Assembly: GCA_034429975.1 (NCBI GenBank) | Contig: DAOUFM010000118.1 | Location: 18,570 to 82,569 of the forward strand | Length of the DNA stretch: 64,000 nt | From: Anaerolineaceae bacterium | GTDB lineage: Bacteria; Chloroflexota; Anaerolineae; Anaerolineales; Anaerolineaceae | Reading direction: 5' to 3' | Shown here: piece by piece, positions 1 to 9,324 of the stretch | How the letters are laid out: each line of letters begins with the position of its first letter | Numbering within the stretch: the first letter of the stretch is position 1 | Notes under the pieces: model-generated | Told to the model about the DNA's origin: nothing | Seen by the model: the letters and a program-made list of their open reading frames with translations, nothing else | The model's database searches: none | Translations under genes and position numbers: made by a program

Positions 1-1346
1 GCTTTGGCTTTTGCCACAGCCGGGCCTAATTCGCTGGCCGGGTCGTGATGAGATCCAAATCCAATAACGACATCCAGCATGATGACAGCCACCTGTGGGT
101 CCTGAGCTTCTTCTAGCAGCCGGCGAATACGCATTTCATTGTCCATCATTGGGTGCAATCGTCCAACTGTGAATTCATCTTCGCCTAAATCGACAATCGT
201 ATGTTCTTCACTGGTCAGGGAATCTTTCAACTTATTTTCTTTCTTTATCGGCGCGTTAGCCCACACCCGGCCAACATAATCTTCCAACAGGAATTGGGCT
301 TCATAAGCCAGGGTGCCACCAGAAAAGAGACCACGGAAATATTTTTGTCCGGGTGCGAATTTTTCAAGCGGAAGAACCGGGGCACCAGTCAGATCCGGCA
401 TTTTATTTGCCAGCTCAACAGCCAAAGCCGCCGCATCGTCCATACCGGTAGCAAACCATAAGTTGCCATCCCGGCGCATACTGGGTTTGCGGGCAATGAA
501 GTTGATGACCACTGGCTTCTTAACTTTTCGAGCCTGACGAATAACCTTCTCGGCAATATCGGCAGCCGGTGGTTTTGATACCAGTGTGATCACCCTGGTG
601 CCCGGATCTCGGGCAAGTACGTCCAGCGCCATTAAGAAAGTGGCTGCCCCAATCGGGTCTTTTAAATCACGCCCACCGGTGCCAATCCCATGGGTAATGC
701 CGCTACCCAGTTGGTGAATACGGGTGGTAACCTGCTGTAAACCAGTCCCAGCGGCTGCGACTACTCCGATGGGTCCCTTACGAATTTTGTTCGCAAACCC
801 TAAACCATTCCCACTGATCATGGCGGTACCACAATCCGGACCCATCACCAGCAGGCCTTTTTCAGCAGCTTTTGCTTTTAGGGCAATTTCATCCTCAACC
901 GAGACATTGTCGCTGAAAAGAAAAACATGTTTTCCCAAATCCAGCGCCTGGTGGGCCAAATGTGCTGCAAACCGGCCAGCCACGGAAATCAACACCCAAC
1001 TTGCCTCCGGCATCATTTCCGCTGCAGTGGCTAATGTTTTGGGGCGATAATCCTGATCGACATTTGATTTCTTGCGAGCCATCAATTCATCTACCTGACC
1101 AATGGCTCCCAGAGCGGTATCTTCGTCCGCAGCCCGGACCACAATCACCAGATCATCGGACTTGGCAGCCCGTACTTCCGGGGTGTCCAGATGGATATGA
1201 GCCAGGATTTCTTTATTTTCTTCAGTGCCCATTACCACACCGGCATCATCAACGCCGTCTAATTGGGATAGGGAACGTTGCAGTTGCATTAGAACAGCAG
1301 AATCATAATAAGATCCGGATCTAATTTCTGCTCTTATTACAGCCAT
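1..1346 (-). CDS. fdrA: FdrA-like acyl-CoA synthetase (succinyl-CoA synthetase alpha-like); N-terminal ~448 codons, C-terminus lies beyond the window start
   Basis: Absent from the ORF track because the frame stays open to the window edge. My minus-strand translation from ATG 1346..1344 reads MAVIRAEIRSGSYYDSAVLMQLQ...VMGPDCGTAMISGNGLGFANK...GIGTGGRDLKD... with no stop down to position 1. AAGGAGG SD at 1360..1354, 7 nt upstream. Confidence 0.8.
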   Translation of the reverse strand, partial: MAVIRAEIRSGSYYDSAVLMQLQRSLSQLDGVDDAGVVMGTEENKEILAHIHLDTPEVRAAKSDDLVIVVRAADEDTALGAIGQVDELMARKKSNVDQDYRPKTLATAAEMMPEASWVLISVAGRFAAHLAHQALDLGKHVFLFSDNVSVEDEIALKAKAAEKGLLVMGPDCGTAMISGNGLGFANKIRKGPIGVVAAAGTGLQQVTTRIHQLGSGITHGIGTGGRDLKDPIGAATFLMALDVLARDPGTRVITLVSKPPAADIAEKVIRQARKVKKPVVINFIARKPSMRRDGNLWFATGMDDAAALAVELANKMPDLTGAPVLPLEKFAPGQKYFRGLFSGGTLAYEAQFLLEDYVGRVWANAPIKKENKLKDSLTSEEHTIVDLGEDEFTVGRLHPMMDNEMRIRRLLEEAQDPQVAVIMLDVVIGFGSHHDPASELGPAVAKAK

Positions 1347-1378
1347 ATTTAAACCTCCTTACGGTTGACAGACAAAAC

Positions 1379-1418
1379 CAGGCGAACCGCAGCATGCCAT
1401 TCGCCTGTTGTGTTTTTT
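1379..1418. promoter_or_regulatory. Hairpin CAGGCGAA-N13-TTCGCCTG flanked by A/T tracts, inside the fdrA 5' leader; possible attenuator
   Basis: 8-bp perfect stem at 1379-1386/1400-1407. TTGTGTTTTTT follows on the plus strand and GGTTTTGTC follows on the minus strand. No plus-strand gene lies upstream that it could terminate. Confidence 0.3.
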
Positions 1419-1790
1419 CTATCTATTTGACAATAAACTATTTTTACCAGATCCATTAAAAGTTGTTTATTCATACAACTTGCTCAAAGAAGGACGTCTT
1501 CATTACGCATGTTAATGGTCTACCAATAAGGGTATGAAAACACCCAGCAACGATAAAAAATCAATCCAGAGATTGGTTTAGGAAAAAACGATTTGAACAA
1601 CCATCAAAGAAGATAATTGCAATATCAGTATAGCATTTTCAAAATCACGAGTCAATTTGATCGATTTCCAAATCAGGTCGTTTTTTTGAGAGTGCCCATC
1701 ATCTGTTCTACTATTAAAAGTGCTACCGCTATTGTTTCAGCTAACCAGGGTTTTGACCTACAGAATTTTTTACCAATAAATATCATTTTC

Positions 1791-1821
1791 AAAAAAAGGA
1801 AGGATCGATAATGATCCTTCC
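1791..1821 (-). terminator. Rho-independent terminator of the 240-aa gene
   Basis: Stem GGAAGGATC (1798-1806) pairs with GATCCTTCC (1813-1821), 6-nt loop. Read on the minus strand it is followed by a T7 run (A7 at 1791-1797), 13 nt after the stop at 1834. Confidence 0.75.
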
Positions 1822-1833
1822 TTTTGGTTTGAG

Positions 1834-2556
1834 TTAGAGATTCAGTTCGGGCATTCTAAGAACTTCATTCGCCTTACGAACCTCATCGGTTGGGTTAAAG
1901 TCCATTTGATTCCCAATGTAATTTGGTAACCAATTTTTCAGGGTTAAGTTCCAGGAATCTTCTGTGACCTGGTAAATCTTAGCACCGCCTAATTCATGCT
2001 GGTACTGTGGCCAGGGCAGAGTTGGTTGTGCCATTGCCAATCCAGCCATACGCCAGCCATTATAGCTCTCAAAGGTGGACCACCATTGCTTTGCTTTGAC
2101 CACTTCCATGGCATAGTATGTCTTGGCATAATACATTGCCCAACCCACTTTTCCACGCCGTGAGAAAGCCATGGTGTGCAGGCTGATGGCGATATCCTTA
2201 TCCCAGAAACGCCCATTGGCAAAACCAACAAATTCACCGTCGATTAAACCGAGCAGTGTGAAGGCATCTTTCAGTCTCTTGCGGCGTACAGCCAAAATTT
2301 CACCATAAACCCGGACACCAACGAGATCATAGAAGTCTTTGGGTTCTTCCATTACAAGTTTCATGAAGCCAAGCAATTGATCGATATCATCATCGACCAT
2401 CGAGCGAATGAATAAGGTGCGGCCATCTTCCAATAGATAGGAAGCATCCGGCCAGGGAGGTAAATTCATTGGGGTTGCTTGCAGCAAGCCCTCAATTTCC
2501 GCTACGTCAATGGACATCTTTTCTACTGATACTGGTACTGGGGGGGTTAATTTCAT
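1834..2556 (-). CDS. Hypothetical protein, possibly a GNAT-like acyltransferase fold
   Basis: 240-aa ORF with its own terminator. The segment FVGFANGRF...MAFSRRGKVGWAMYYAK loosely resembles the GNAT motif A region. No firm motif was recognised. Confidence 0.55.
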   Translation of the reverse strand: MKLTPPVPVSVEKMSIDVAEIEGLLQATPMNLPPWPDASYLLEDGRTLFIRSMVDDDIDQLLGFMKLVMEEPKDFYDLVGVRVYGEILAVRRKRLKDAFTLLGLIDGEFVGFANGRFWDKDIAISLHTMAFSRRGKVGWAMYYAKTYYAMEVVKAKQWWSTFESYNGWRMAGLAMAQPTLPWPQYQHELGGAKIYQVTEDSWNLTLKNWLPNYIGNQMDFNPTDEVRKANEVLRMPELNL

Positions 2557-2971
2557 TTTGCAAACTCCTTAAACAATAATTTTGGGGGGTTCTTTTTTAA
2601 CCTGAGTTACTTACTCCCGGTTAGCTGACAATAAAATACCGAACGTCTCAAATCTGTGACGCGGTGTGCCATTCATTATTTGGTTATCATGAAAGCATTG
2701 GGAATAATATCCAGCACTTAATTAGTATAGCAAACCGAAAATTACGAGTCAATTATATTTGTCCGACAATTCATGTGATATTTGGTCATTTTTTTGTTAA
2801 CCAGCTTTCCCGCGATCTTATTAACCTGAAAAATTTCAGAATTATCATTATTCAAAATTACCATCTTTTTCAATATAATCTTTTATGAAACTTATCGCTA
2901 AATTTGTGTTATATTTTATTATTCAATTATTTTTGTGTAGAATTGTTTGATCGCCGACGAGGAGATTTTTT

Positions 2972-3865
2972 ATGGATTGGTCCATTTTTGTCATTATCAT
3001 TCAACTAATTTTTCTGGAAGGGATTCTTTCACTGGATAACGCTGCCGTCCTGGGAGCTTTGGTTTCGAGACTGCCAGAACATGATCACATCCCCTGGCCA
3101 AAGAAAATGACCAAAATTGGACATAAACTGGATAAACCTTTGGGGTTCCAAAGAGTGGCTGCTCTCAGGGTTGGTTTGTTGGGTGCTTATGGCGGCCGGA
3201 TCATCATGCTCTTTCTGGCAAATTACATCATTCATAACCCCTGGTTGAAAATCGTAGGTGCAGCCTATCTTTTACATTTAGCACTCAGCGAATTAGGGTC
3301 AAAAGACCATATAGCCACTAAGGAAAAAGAACATCATCATACCAAAGAGCATAGTTTCTGGATGACCGTTTTGACGGTCGAATTGATGGACCTGGCATTC
3401 AGTCTGGATAATGTGGTGGCAGCCGTTTCTTTATCCAACAAAATCTGGGTTGTAATTGTAGGCGTCGCTATCGGGATTTTAATTATGCGCTTTGCCGCTG
3501 GGATATTCAGTACAGTGGTTATTCATTTTCCAGTTTTAAAACCGGCAGCTTATGTTCTTATTTTTAATATCGGCATTGAAATTTTATTGACCGAATTCGC
3601 CGGCATGGAATTCAATGACTGGGCACGCTTTGGTATTTCCATGGGAACAATTCTTTTTGCCATGGCATACTCAAAATTCAAATTTTTGCATTTCTTACAC
3701 CCTCTTTTTATCTGGTTAAGCCAGGGGTTCGGTTTGATTGATGGGCTGGTTTCCTGGATCTTCATTCCTTTCAAAGCCCTGTTTCGTCTCATCTTCTCTC
3801 ACTTCAAACGACCGGTTGCCAGAGAAAAAGTTACGACCCAAGACATCGACCCGCAACCCAATTGA
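2972..3865 (+). CDS. TerC/DUF475-family integral membrane protein
   Basis: 297 aa, multi-TM, with the duplicated family signature LSLDNAAVLGALV and LAFSLDNVVAAVSLS. GAGGAG SD before ATG 2972. Confidence 0.75.
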   Translation: MDWSIFVIIIQLIFLEGILSLDNAAVLGALVSRLPEHDHIPWPKKMTKIGHKLDKPLGFQRVAALRVGLLGAYGGRIIMLFLANYIIHNPWLKIVGAAYLLHLALSELGSKDHIATKEKEHHHTKEHSFWMTVLTVELMDLAFSLDNVVAAVSLSNKIWVVIVGVAIGILIMRFAAGIFSTVVIHFPVLKPAAYVLIFNIGIEILLTEFAGMEFNDWARFGISMGTILFAMAYSKFKFLHFLHPLFIWLSQGFGLIDGLVSWIFIPFKALFRLIFSHFKRPVAREKVTTQDIDPQPN

Positions 3866-4119
3866 ATGATTATTAATTTCAGTATTCAAGGGCTTGTAAT
3901 TTTCAATTCCTGTTTTATCATTTATGTCCTGAATACTTCTCATTTTGAATTACATTCAACATTAAATTTAAGACTTTTAGGGATTGAATTTTTATTTTTC
4001 GTGCTATTATAATAATAATTGCTTATTGTTTTCCCTATTTATTACTGGCAAATTTAATGGCCCAAAATAAAATTTTTTTGAAATTAATATTCTTCTGCTA
4101 CTCATTTACCAGGTAATTT

Positions 4120-4149
4120 GGGGGACCAATTTTTTGTTCCCCCTTTTTT
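4120..4149 (+). terminator. Terminator-like hairpin plus T6, about 30 nt upstream of the BMP transporter start
   Basis: GGGGGAC...GTTCCCCC stem (4120-4143) followed by TTTTTT (4144-4149). It could end terC transcription or serve as a leader attenuator for the ABC operon. Confidence 0.5.
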
Positions 4150-4177
4150 ATTCATACCCTATTAAAGGAGTTTAGAA

Positions 4178-5188
4178 ATGGGAAAAAGAAAAGTCATATT
4201 AATTACTGTTCTGATCTTGTTGTCACTGTTGGCAACCCAATGTGCTCCAGCGGCAAAGCAAGAAGCCGCACCGGCAGAAAAAGTATATAAATTGGCTGCC
4301 ATTTTCCCTGGCGTAATCACCGACGCAGACTACAACACACTCGCTTACGAAGGGATCGTTGGTCTCCAAAAAGAAACCGGCATTGAAACAGCTTATTCAG
4401 AAAGTGTGGCTGTTCCGGATGTAGATCGTGTTATGCGTGAATACATCGACGCTGGTTATAACATCATCTGGACGCATGGCGGTCAGTTTGTGAACCAAAC
4501 TGCTGATTTAGCGCCCCAATTCCCCGATGTGGTCTTCATCGCTGAAGGTGACGATGCACTCCCCAACCCACCCGCTAATTTATGGTTCATTGACCGTAAC
4601 TTCCACGGTGGTTTTTATGGAATCGGTGCAGTTGCTGCCCGGGCCACCAAAACCGGAAAGATTGGTTATTTAGGTGGATTAACCTTGCCATTCTCATACG
4701 CAGAGGCTCACGCTGTTCAACAGGCTGTGAAAGATTCTGGTTTACCGGTTGAAGTTAAATTTGTTTGGGCAGGTGACTTCAATGATCCTACCAAAGCCCG
4801 TCAGGTGGCAGATGCCCTCATCGCTGAAGGTTGTGATGTCATTATGGGTTCATTAAATCTCGGCATGTTTGGCTTATTTGAAGCAGTCAAAGCAGCTCCG
4901 AATAAAGTGCTCGTGACCGCAAAATACACCGACAAATCTTCCTATGCGCCAGATAACTATATCACCTCCTTCCTTTACAATTTCACAATTCCTTTGAAAG
5001 CCATTTATGAAAAGGTAAAAGAAGGACAATTAGGTGGATATTACAAACTGGACTTCTCTTCTGGTTCGTTCATCCAAACCCCCTTACAAAATGTTGACCC
5101 TTCTGTAGCCACCGAAGTGGAAGCCATTATTAATGACTTGAACACCGGCAAACTTGAGGTAGTTAAAGACAGCAGCGAAATAAAATAA
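4178..5188 (+). CDS. BMP-family (Med/PnrA-like) ABC transporter substrate-binding lipoprotein, nucleoside/purine type
   Basis: Lipoprotein signal MGKRKVILITVLILLSLLATQC. KLAAIFPGVITDADYNTLAYEG is typical of basic-membrane-protein family binders. First gene of an SBP-ATPase-permease-permease operon. Confidence 0.8.
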   Translation: MGKRKVILITVLILLSLLATQCAPAAKQEAAPAEKVYKLAAIFPGVITDADYNTLAYEGIVGLQKETGIETAYSESVAVPDVDRVMREYIDAGYNIIWTHGGQFVNQTADLAPQFPDVVFIAEGDDALPNPPANLWFIDRNFHGGFYGIGAVAARATKTGKIGYLGGLTLPFSYAEAHAVQQAVKDSGLPVEVKFVWAGDFNDPTKARQVADALIAEGCDVIMGSLNLGMFGLFEAVKAAPNKVLVTAKYTDKSSYAPDNYITSFLYNFTIPLKAIYEKVKEGQLGGYYKLDFSSGSFIQTPLQNVDPSVATEVEAIINDLNTGKLEVVKDSSEIK

Positions 5189-5211
5189 AAATCCCTGTAT
5201 TTATTGAATCA

Positions 5212-5244
5212 AACCGTGCGTTGCCGGAATGACAACGCACGGTT
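5212..5244 (+). promoter_or_regulatory. Intra-operon 12-bp hairpin after the binding-protein gene
   Basis: AACCGTGCGTTG (5212-5223) pairs with CAACGCACGGTT (5233-5244), perfect, with only a weak U tract. This is the usual position for an SBP mRNA stabiliser or partial terminator. Confidence 0.5.
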
Positions 5245-5312
5245 CTTAGAAACATGAGCCTGGCTTTGCTCATCAAATTTATTGTTACCGGGCTTAAAGG
5301 TAAAGCAGAGTT

Positions 5313-6890
5313 ATGGAAGATCAAATCATCCTCGAACTTAAAAATGTACGTAAAGTTTTTGACCAGACCATAGCCCTCGATAATGTCTCTTTTACACTAA
5401 AACGAGGTGAAATTCATGGTTTATTGGGGGGAAATGGTGCTGGAAAAACCACTTTAATGAATATTTTATATGGGTTGTATAAAAAAGATGAAGGTGAAAT
5501 CATTTTGCGAGGGCAACCCATCAATATTCAAGGTCCCCGAGATGCCATTCATCAAGGTATCGGGATGGTGCATCAGCACTTTTTACAGATCAGCAACTTT
5601 TCGGTTCTGGAAAATATTGTTTTAGGAACCGAAATAAAAAATAAATTTACTATGAAGATGGATGAGGAAGCCCAAAAAGTTGAGAACCTTTGTGAACGGT
5701 TTGGTTTAGATGTAAATGTTACTGATGTAATCAGCTCTTTAACGGTTGGCGCTCGTCAGAAGGTGGAAATTCTGAAAGCACTGTATCGCGGCGTTGACAT
5801 CCTTATCCTGGATGAACCCACCACTAATCTTACCCCCCAGGAAGTTGATGCCTTATTTGAATCGTTGCGGGTGATGGTCAATGAAGGTCTCAGTATCGTC
5901 TTCATTACCCATAAACTGCGCGAGGTTTTAAGTGTCTGTGATCGCATCACTGTCTTAAGGGAAGGAAAAAATATTACCACCCTGGAACGTAAAGATGCAT
6001 CCGAAGAAGTTTTTGTTCGTGCTATGGTGGGAGAAAAAATGGATATCGAACATTCCATTTATTTTGCTACCGAAGACCGGAAAGCTTTTGATCGCAGTAA
6101 GGCTGGGACCCCCAAATTTACCCTTGAAAACGTATCCTACATTTCTTCAGACGGAATATCCAAACTCAAGGATATCAGCCTGGACATATATGGAGGGGAA
6201 ATCGTCGGCATCGCGGGGGTTGCCGGAAACGGTCAACGCGAACTTGCAGAAGTCGTTGCAGGTGTGATTCCAGTCTCATCCGGCAGAAAGGTCTTCCTGG
6301 ATAAGGATATTACCCATAAAACTAACGAAGAACTTCTCCACACTGGCTTCTCATACGTCCCTGAAGACCGTTTGACTGACGGCTTTCTGGTTAAGGCAAC
6401 TGTCGCTCAAAACCTGATTTTGGGTCATCACCGCGGGAAACCTTACAGTGACGGGAAATTCATTGATTGGAAAAAAGTTCATTCAGAATGCACCGAACAC
6501 ATTAAGGAATACAATATCAAGACCAGCGGACCCGCTGAAATTGGAGGGAATCTATCAGGCGGAAATATTCAACGGGTTATGATTGCACGCGCATTCTGCC
6601 TTGCCTCTGAAGTTATGCTGGCTCACAATCCCACCCGTGGATTGGATATCCCTTCCATGGATTTTGTTTACCAGAAATTATTGGCTCGCCGGGCTGCTAA
6701 TTATGCTACTCTTCTCATTTCAGAAGATCTAGATGAACTGATGCGTATTTGTGACCGGATTGCTGTAATCTACCGGGGACAAATCCTGGGAATTTTGGCA
6801 CGGGAAGAATTTGATAAATACGCCATTGGACGTTTGATGAGTGGCATCACGTCAGAAAATCAACCAGTAGCGGAGGGAACCATCTCATGA
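5313..6890 (+). CDS. ABC transporter ATP-binding protein with duplicated ATPase domains (sugar/nucleoside class)
   Basis: 525 aa. Walker A GGNGAGKTT, Walker B ILILDEPT, second domain with LSGGNIQRV signature. Confidence 0.9.
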   Translation: MEDQIILELKNVRKVFDQTIALDNVSFTLKRGEIHGLLGGNGAGKTTLMNILYGLYKKDEGEIILRGQPINIQGPRDAIHQGIGMVHQHFLQISNFSVLENIVLGTEIKNKFTMKMDEEAQKVENLCERFGLDVNVTDVISSLTVGARQKVEILKALYRGVDILILDEPTTNLTPQEVDALFESLRVMVNEGLSIVFITHKLREVLSVCDRITVLREGKNITTLERKDASEEVFVRAMVGEKMDIEHSIYFATEDRKAFDRSKAGTPKFTLENVSYISSDGISKLKDISLDIYGGEIVGIAGVAGNGQRELAEVVAGVIPVSSGRKVFLDKDITHKTNEELLHTGFSYVPEDRLTDGFLVKATVAQNLILGHHRGKPYSDGKFIDWKKVHSECTEHIKEYNIKTSGPAEIGGNLSGGNIQRVMIARAFCLASEVMLAHNPTRGLDIPSMDFVYQKLLARRAANYATLLISEDLDELMRICDRIAVIYRGQILGILAREEFDKYAIGRLMSGITSENQPVAEGTIS

Positions 6891-7894
6891 CGACTGTAAA
6901 AAGAGCGATTCCTTATTTACTGGCCGTGGTTGCATCCTTCGTTGCGGCTGGCATTTTTATCGCGTTAATGGGTTTCAACGTCGTTAAGGCTTTTGAAACC
7001 ATTCTGTTTACATCCTTTCGAACCCCAAATGGCTTTATTCAGACCTTATTAAAATTTATCCCGCTGCTTTTGCTGGCATTAGCCTTTACCATTCCATTAA
7101 CTGCCGGAAAATTCAACATCGGTGGGGAAGGTCAAATGATCGCCGGCGGGATTGGAGCAGCCTTTGTGGGGATTATGTTCGGAAATTTACCAGCCATCCT
7201 GCTTGTTCCGCTGGTAATTCTGGGAGGAATCGTGGGTGGCGCTTTGTGGGGATTAATACCCGCCTTGCTGTTGTATAAATTCAATATCAACGAGATTCTC
7301 ACCACGGTTTTGTTCAACTTTCTCTCTCTTTTCCTGATCGATTATTTCTGCACAGGCCCCTGGCGTGACCCGGCTGCCGGACACCCTACCACCATTGCAA
7401 TCAGTAAAGCCGGCTGGCTGCCAACTTTGGTTAAAAATCCACCTTTGCATATCGGCATTATTATCGCCATCCTGGTCGCCATTGGGATTTATATCTTTAC
7501 CGCAAAAACCACCAGCGGCTATGAAATGATTGCTACCGGTGCTAACCCGCGTGCATCCAGAGTGTTTGGGATCAAGGTAAAAAACATGTTTGTTCTCTCC
7601 CTGGTGTTGGGCGGCGCAGTCGCCGGCCTAGCTGGAGCATTCGAAGTAGCTGGCAATCAGCATCGTTTGATTGAAGGCATGCAATCCAACTTCCTGGTTC
7701 TGGGATTAATCATCGGGTTAATATCCAAAGGGAATAACGCAGCCGTTCCATTTGTGGCCTTCATGATCTCGGTGTTGGAAGTCGGCGCCAGCGCCATGCA
7801 GCGCACCATGATGATCCCGGTTGAAATGGTCTTCATCGTGGAAGCTTTAATTTTGTTATTCGTCCTCTTATCGGACGTGGTCAGGAGGAAATAA
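6887..7894 (+). CDS. ABC transporter permease (BMP/nucleoside system)
   Basis: 335-aa polytopic ORF whose ATGA start overlaps the ATPase stop. Confidence 0.85.
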   Translation: MTTVKRAIPYLLAVVASFVAAGIFIALMGFNVVKAFETILFTSFRTPNGFIQTLLKFIPLLLLALAFTIPLTAGKFNIGGEGQMIAGGIGAAFVGIMFGNLPAILLVPLVILGGIVGGALWGLIPALLLYKFNINEILTTVLFNFLSLFLIDYFCTGPWRDPAAGHPTTIAISKAGWLPTLVKNPPLHIGIIIAILVAIGIYIFTAKTTSGYEMIATGANPRASRVFGIKVKNMFVLSLVLGGAVAGLAGAFEVAGNQHRLIEGMQSNFLVLGLIIGLISKGNNAAVPFVAFMISVLEVGASAMQRTMMIPVEMVFIVEALILLFVLLSDVVRRK

Positions 7895-7897
7895 GTT

Positions 7898-8827
7898 ATG
7901 GAAATCGTCATCAATTTCTTAAGGCTCGTACTCCTGTCAATGGTCCCGTTTGTCCTGGCAGCGCAGGGAACTATGATTGGGGGGCGGACGGGTGTGTTCA
8001 ATGTCGCTCAGGAAGGTATTATGCTGGTTGGTGCTTCCTTAGGCTTTCTGGTGAGTTATTATTCCAAAAGCGTCCTTTTAGGTGTCATTGTGGCCATGCT
8101 GGCAGGTGGAATTTTCGGGTTGGCATTGGCTTACTTTACGACCTCCCTAAAAATGAATCAATTTGTCATTGGACTCTCACTCTTTTTTATTGGTGTAGGT
8201 GTTTCGACGCTCTTACCAAAACTAATTCTGGGAATCACGCTCTCTCCCCCGCTTATTCCCACCTTGAAGGGAGTTGCCATCCCCTTATTGAGCAAGATTC
8301 CGTTTATTGGCCCCATCTTTTTCGATCAAAACCTGATGGTTTATTTCTCCATCCTCATTTCGATTGCTCTCTGGTATTTTCTGTACCGTACCCAGAAGGG
8401 GCTCGAATTGCGCTCCGTGGGTGAATATCCTATGACGGCGGATTCGCTGGGTATCAACACCACCAGTATGCGTTACTGGAGCTCGATTGTCGGCGGGATG
8501 TTGATTGGCATGGCGGGCGCCTATCTTCCCATGGTATATTCCGGCACTTTCACCGAAGGTATGACGATGGGACGTGGCTGGCTGGCGATTGCATTAACCT
8601 TCTTTGGCGGTTGGAGCCCCATGCCCATTTTGTACGGCTCTTTATTCTTCTCAGCTGTGGAAGTCCTGGCGTTCCGCGTACAGGTCATTGGCAGCGTGGT
8701 GCCCTACCAATTCCTGCAAATGTTGCCCTACGTCGCCACCATTCTGGTGATGATTATCACCTTCAAACGCGCCCGTGTTCCTGGTTTCCTGGGTTTGAAC
8801 TACGACCGGGAAAAAAGAACGTTGTAA
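7898..8827 (+). CDS. ABC transporter permease (second subunit)
   Basis: 309-aa polytopic ORF starting 3 nt after the preceding permease. Confidence 0.85.
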   Translation: MEIVINFLRLVLLSMVPFVLAAQGTMIGGRTGVFNVAQEGIMLVGASLGFLVSYYSKSVLLGVIVAMLAGGIFGLALAYFTTSLKMNQFVIGLSLFFIGVGVSTLLPKLILGITLSPPLIPTLKGVAIPLLSKIPFIGPIFFDQNLMVYFSILISIALWYFLYRTQKGLELRSVGEYPMTADSLGINTTSMRYWSSIVGGMLIGMAGAYLPMVYSGTFTEGMTMGRGWLAIALTFFGGWSPMPILYGSLFFSAVEVLAFRVQVIGSVVPYQFLQMLPYVATILVMIITFKRARVPGFLGLNYDREKRTL

Positions 8828-8832
8828 CCCCC

Positions 8833-8860
8833 GTAGGGGTTTTCGGCCGAAAACCCCTAC
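8833..8860 (+). terminator. Perfect 28-nt palindrome directly after the operon stop codon
   Basis: GTAGGGGTTTTCGG (8833-8846) pairs with CCGAAAACCCCTAC (8847-8860), 5 nt after TAA 8825-8827. No classic U tract; its right arm is the first unit of the tandem array. Confidence 0.5.
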
Positions 8861-8963
8861 ACAAAAACCCCTACACAATAAAAACCCTACACAAAAAAAC
8901 CCTACCCGAAAACCCCTACACAAAAACCCCTACATAGAAAACCCCTACACAAAAAACCAACAC
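8849..8963. repeat. About 8 degenerate tandem copies of a 13-16-nt unit, A(4-7)CCCCTACAC
   Basis: Read directly: gaaaacccctacac / aaaaacccctacac / aataaaaaccctacac / aaaaaaaccctaccc / gaaaacccctacac / aaaaacccctacat / agaaaacccctacac / aaaaaaccaacac. Confidence 0.9.
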
Positions 8964-8987
8964 AAATTATCGAATCCCTGTTTGCGG

Positions 8988-8996
8988 TGCTATAAT
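8988..8996 (+). promoter_or_regulatory. Extended -10 promoter element (TGcTATAAT) for gatCA
   Basis: TG at 8988-8989 and TATAAT at 8991-8996, 32 nt upstream of the gatC ATG. The -35 is weak. Confidence 0.45.
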
Positions 8997-9027
8997 TACC
9001 CTCTCATTTTTATCAGGAGTGGATTCG

Positions 9028-9324
9028 ATGCTGTTAACCATCCAGGAAGTTGAACATATTGCCGAGCTGGCAAAATTAGATTTGTCGGCGGAAGAGAAAG
9101 AACAATACCGTGAACAGCTCTCGGCCATTCTGGAATATGCAGCTATTTTGCAGCAGGTCAATACCGCTGACATTCTACCAGTCGCAGCTGTAAATCCGCA
9201 ACAGCCATTCCTGCGGGAAGATATTCTTCACCCCTCCCATTTGGCTGAATCAATCCGCGCAAGAACGCCGCACACAGCGGATCAACATTTCATCGCGCCT
9301 TCCGAATTGGAAAATAATCCATGA
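9028..9324 (+). CDS. gatC: Asp-tRNA(Asn)/Glu-tRNA(Gln) amidotransferase subunit C
   Basis: MLLTIQEVEHIAELAKLDLSAEEKEQYREQLSAILEYA is a typical GatC. AGGAG at 9015-9019 favours ATG 9028 over the track's GTG 9019. The stop overlaps the gatA start. Confidence 0.85.
   Translation: MLLTIQEVEHIAELAKLDLSAEEKEQYREQLSAILEYAAILQQVNTADILPVAAVNPQQPFLREDILHPSHLAESIRARTPHTADQHFIAPSELENNP

Noticed and set aside
2557-2971. yybP-ykoY manganese riboswitch upstream of the TerC-family gene
   Set aside because: No GGGGAGUAG, UUGACAUA or AGAGAC core elements are present in the 415-nt upstream region.
3866-4177. Purine/nucleoside riboswitch upstream of the BMP transporter operon
   Set aside because: A terminator-like hairpin exists (4120-4149), but no guanine/adenine aptamer junction motifs (UUUCUACC, CCGACUAUG type) were found. 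I kept it only as a terminator-like feature.
8611-8937. 108-aa plus-strand and 90-aa minus-strand ORFs spanning the tandem repeat
   Set aside because: Both are generated by the periodic repeat (the reiterated KNPYT / GFCVG peptides) and overlap the end of the permease gene. They are not credible genes.
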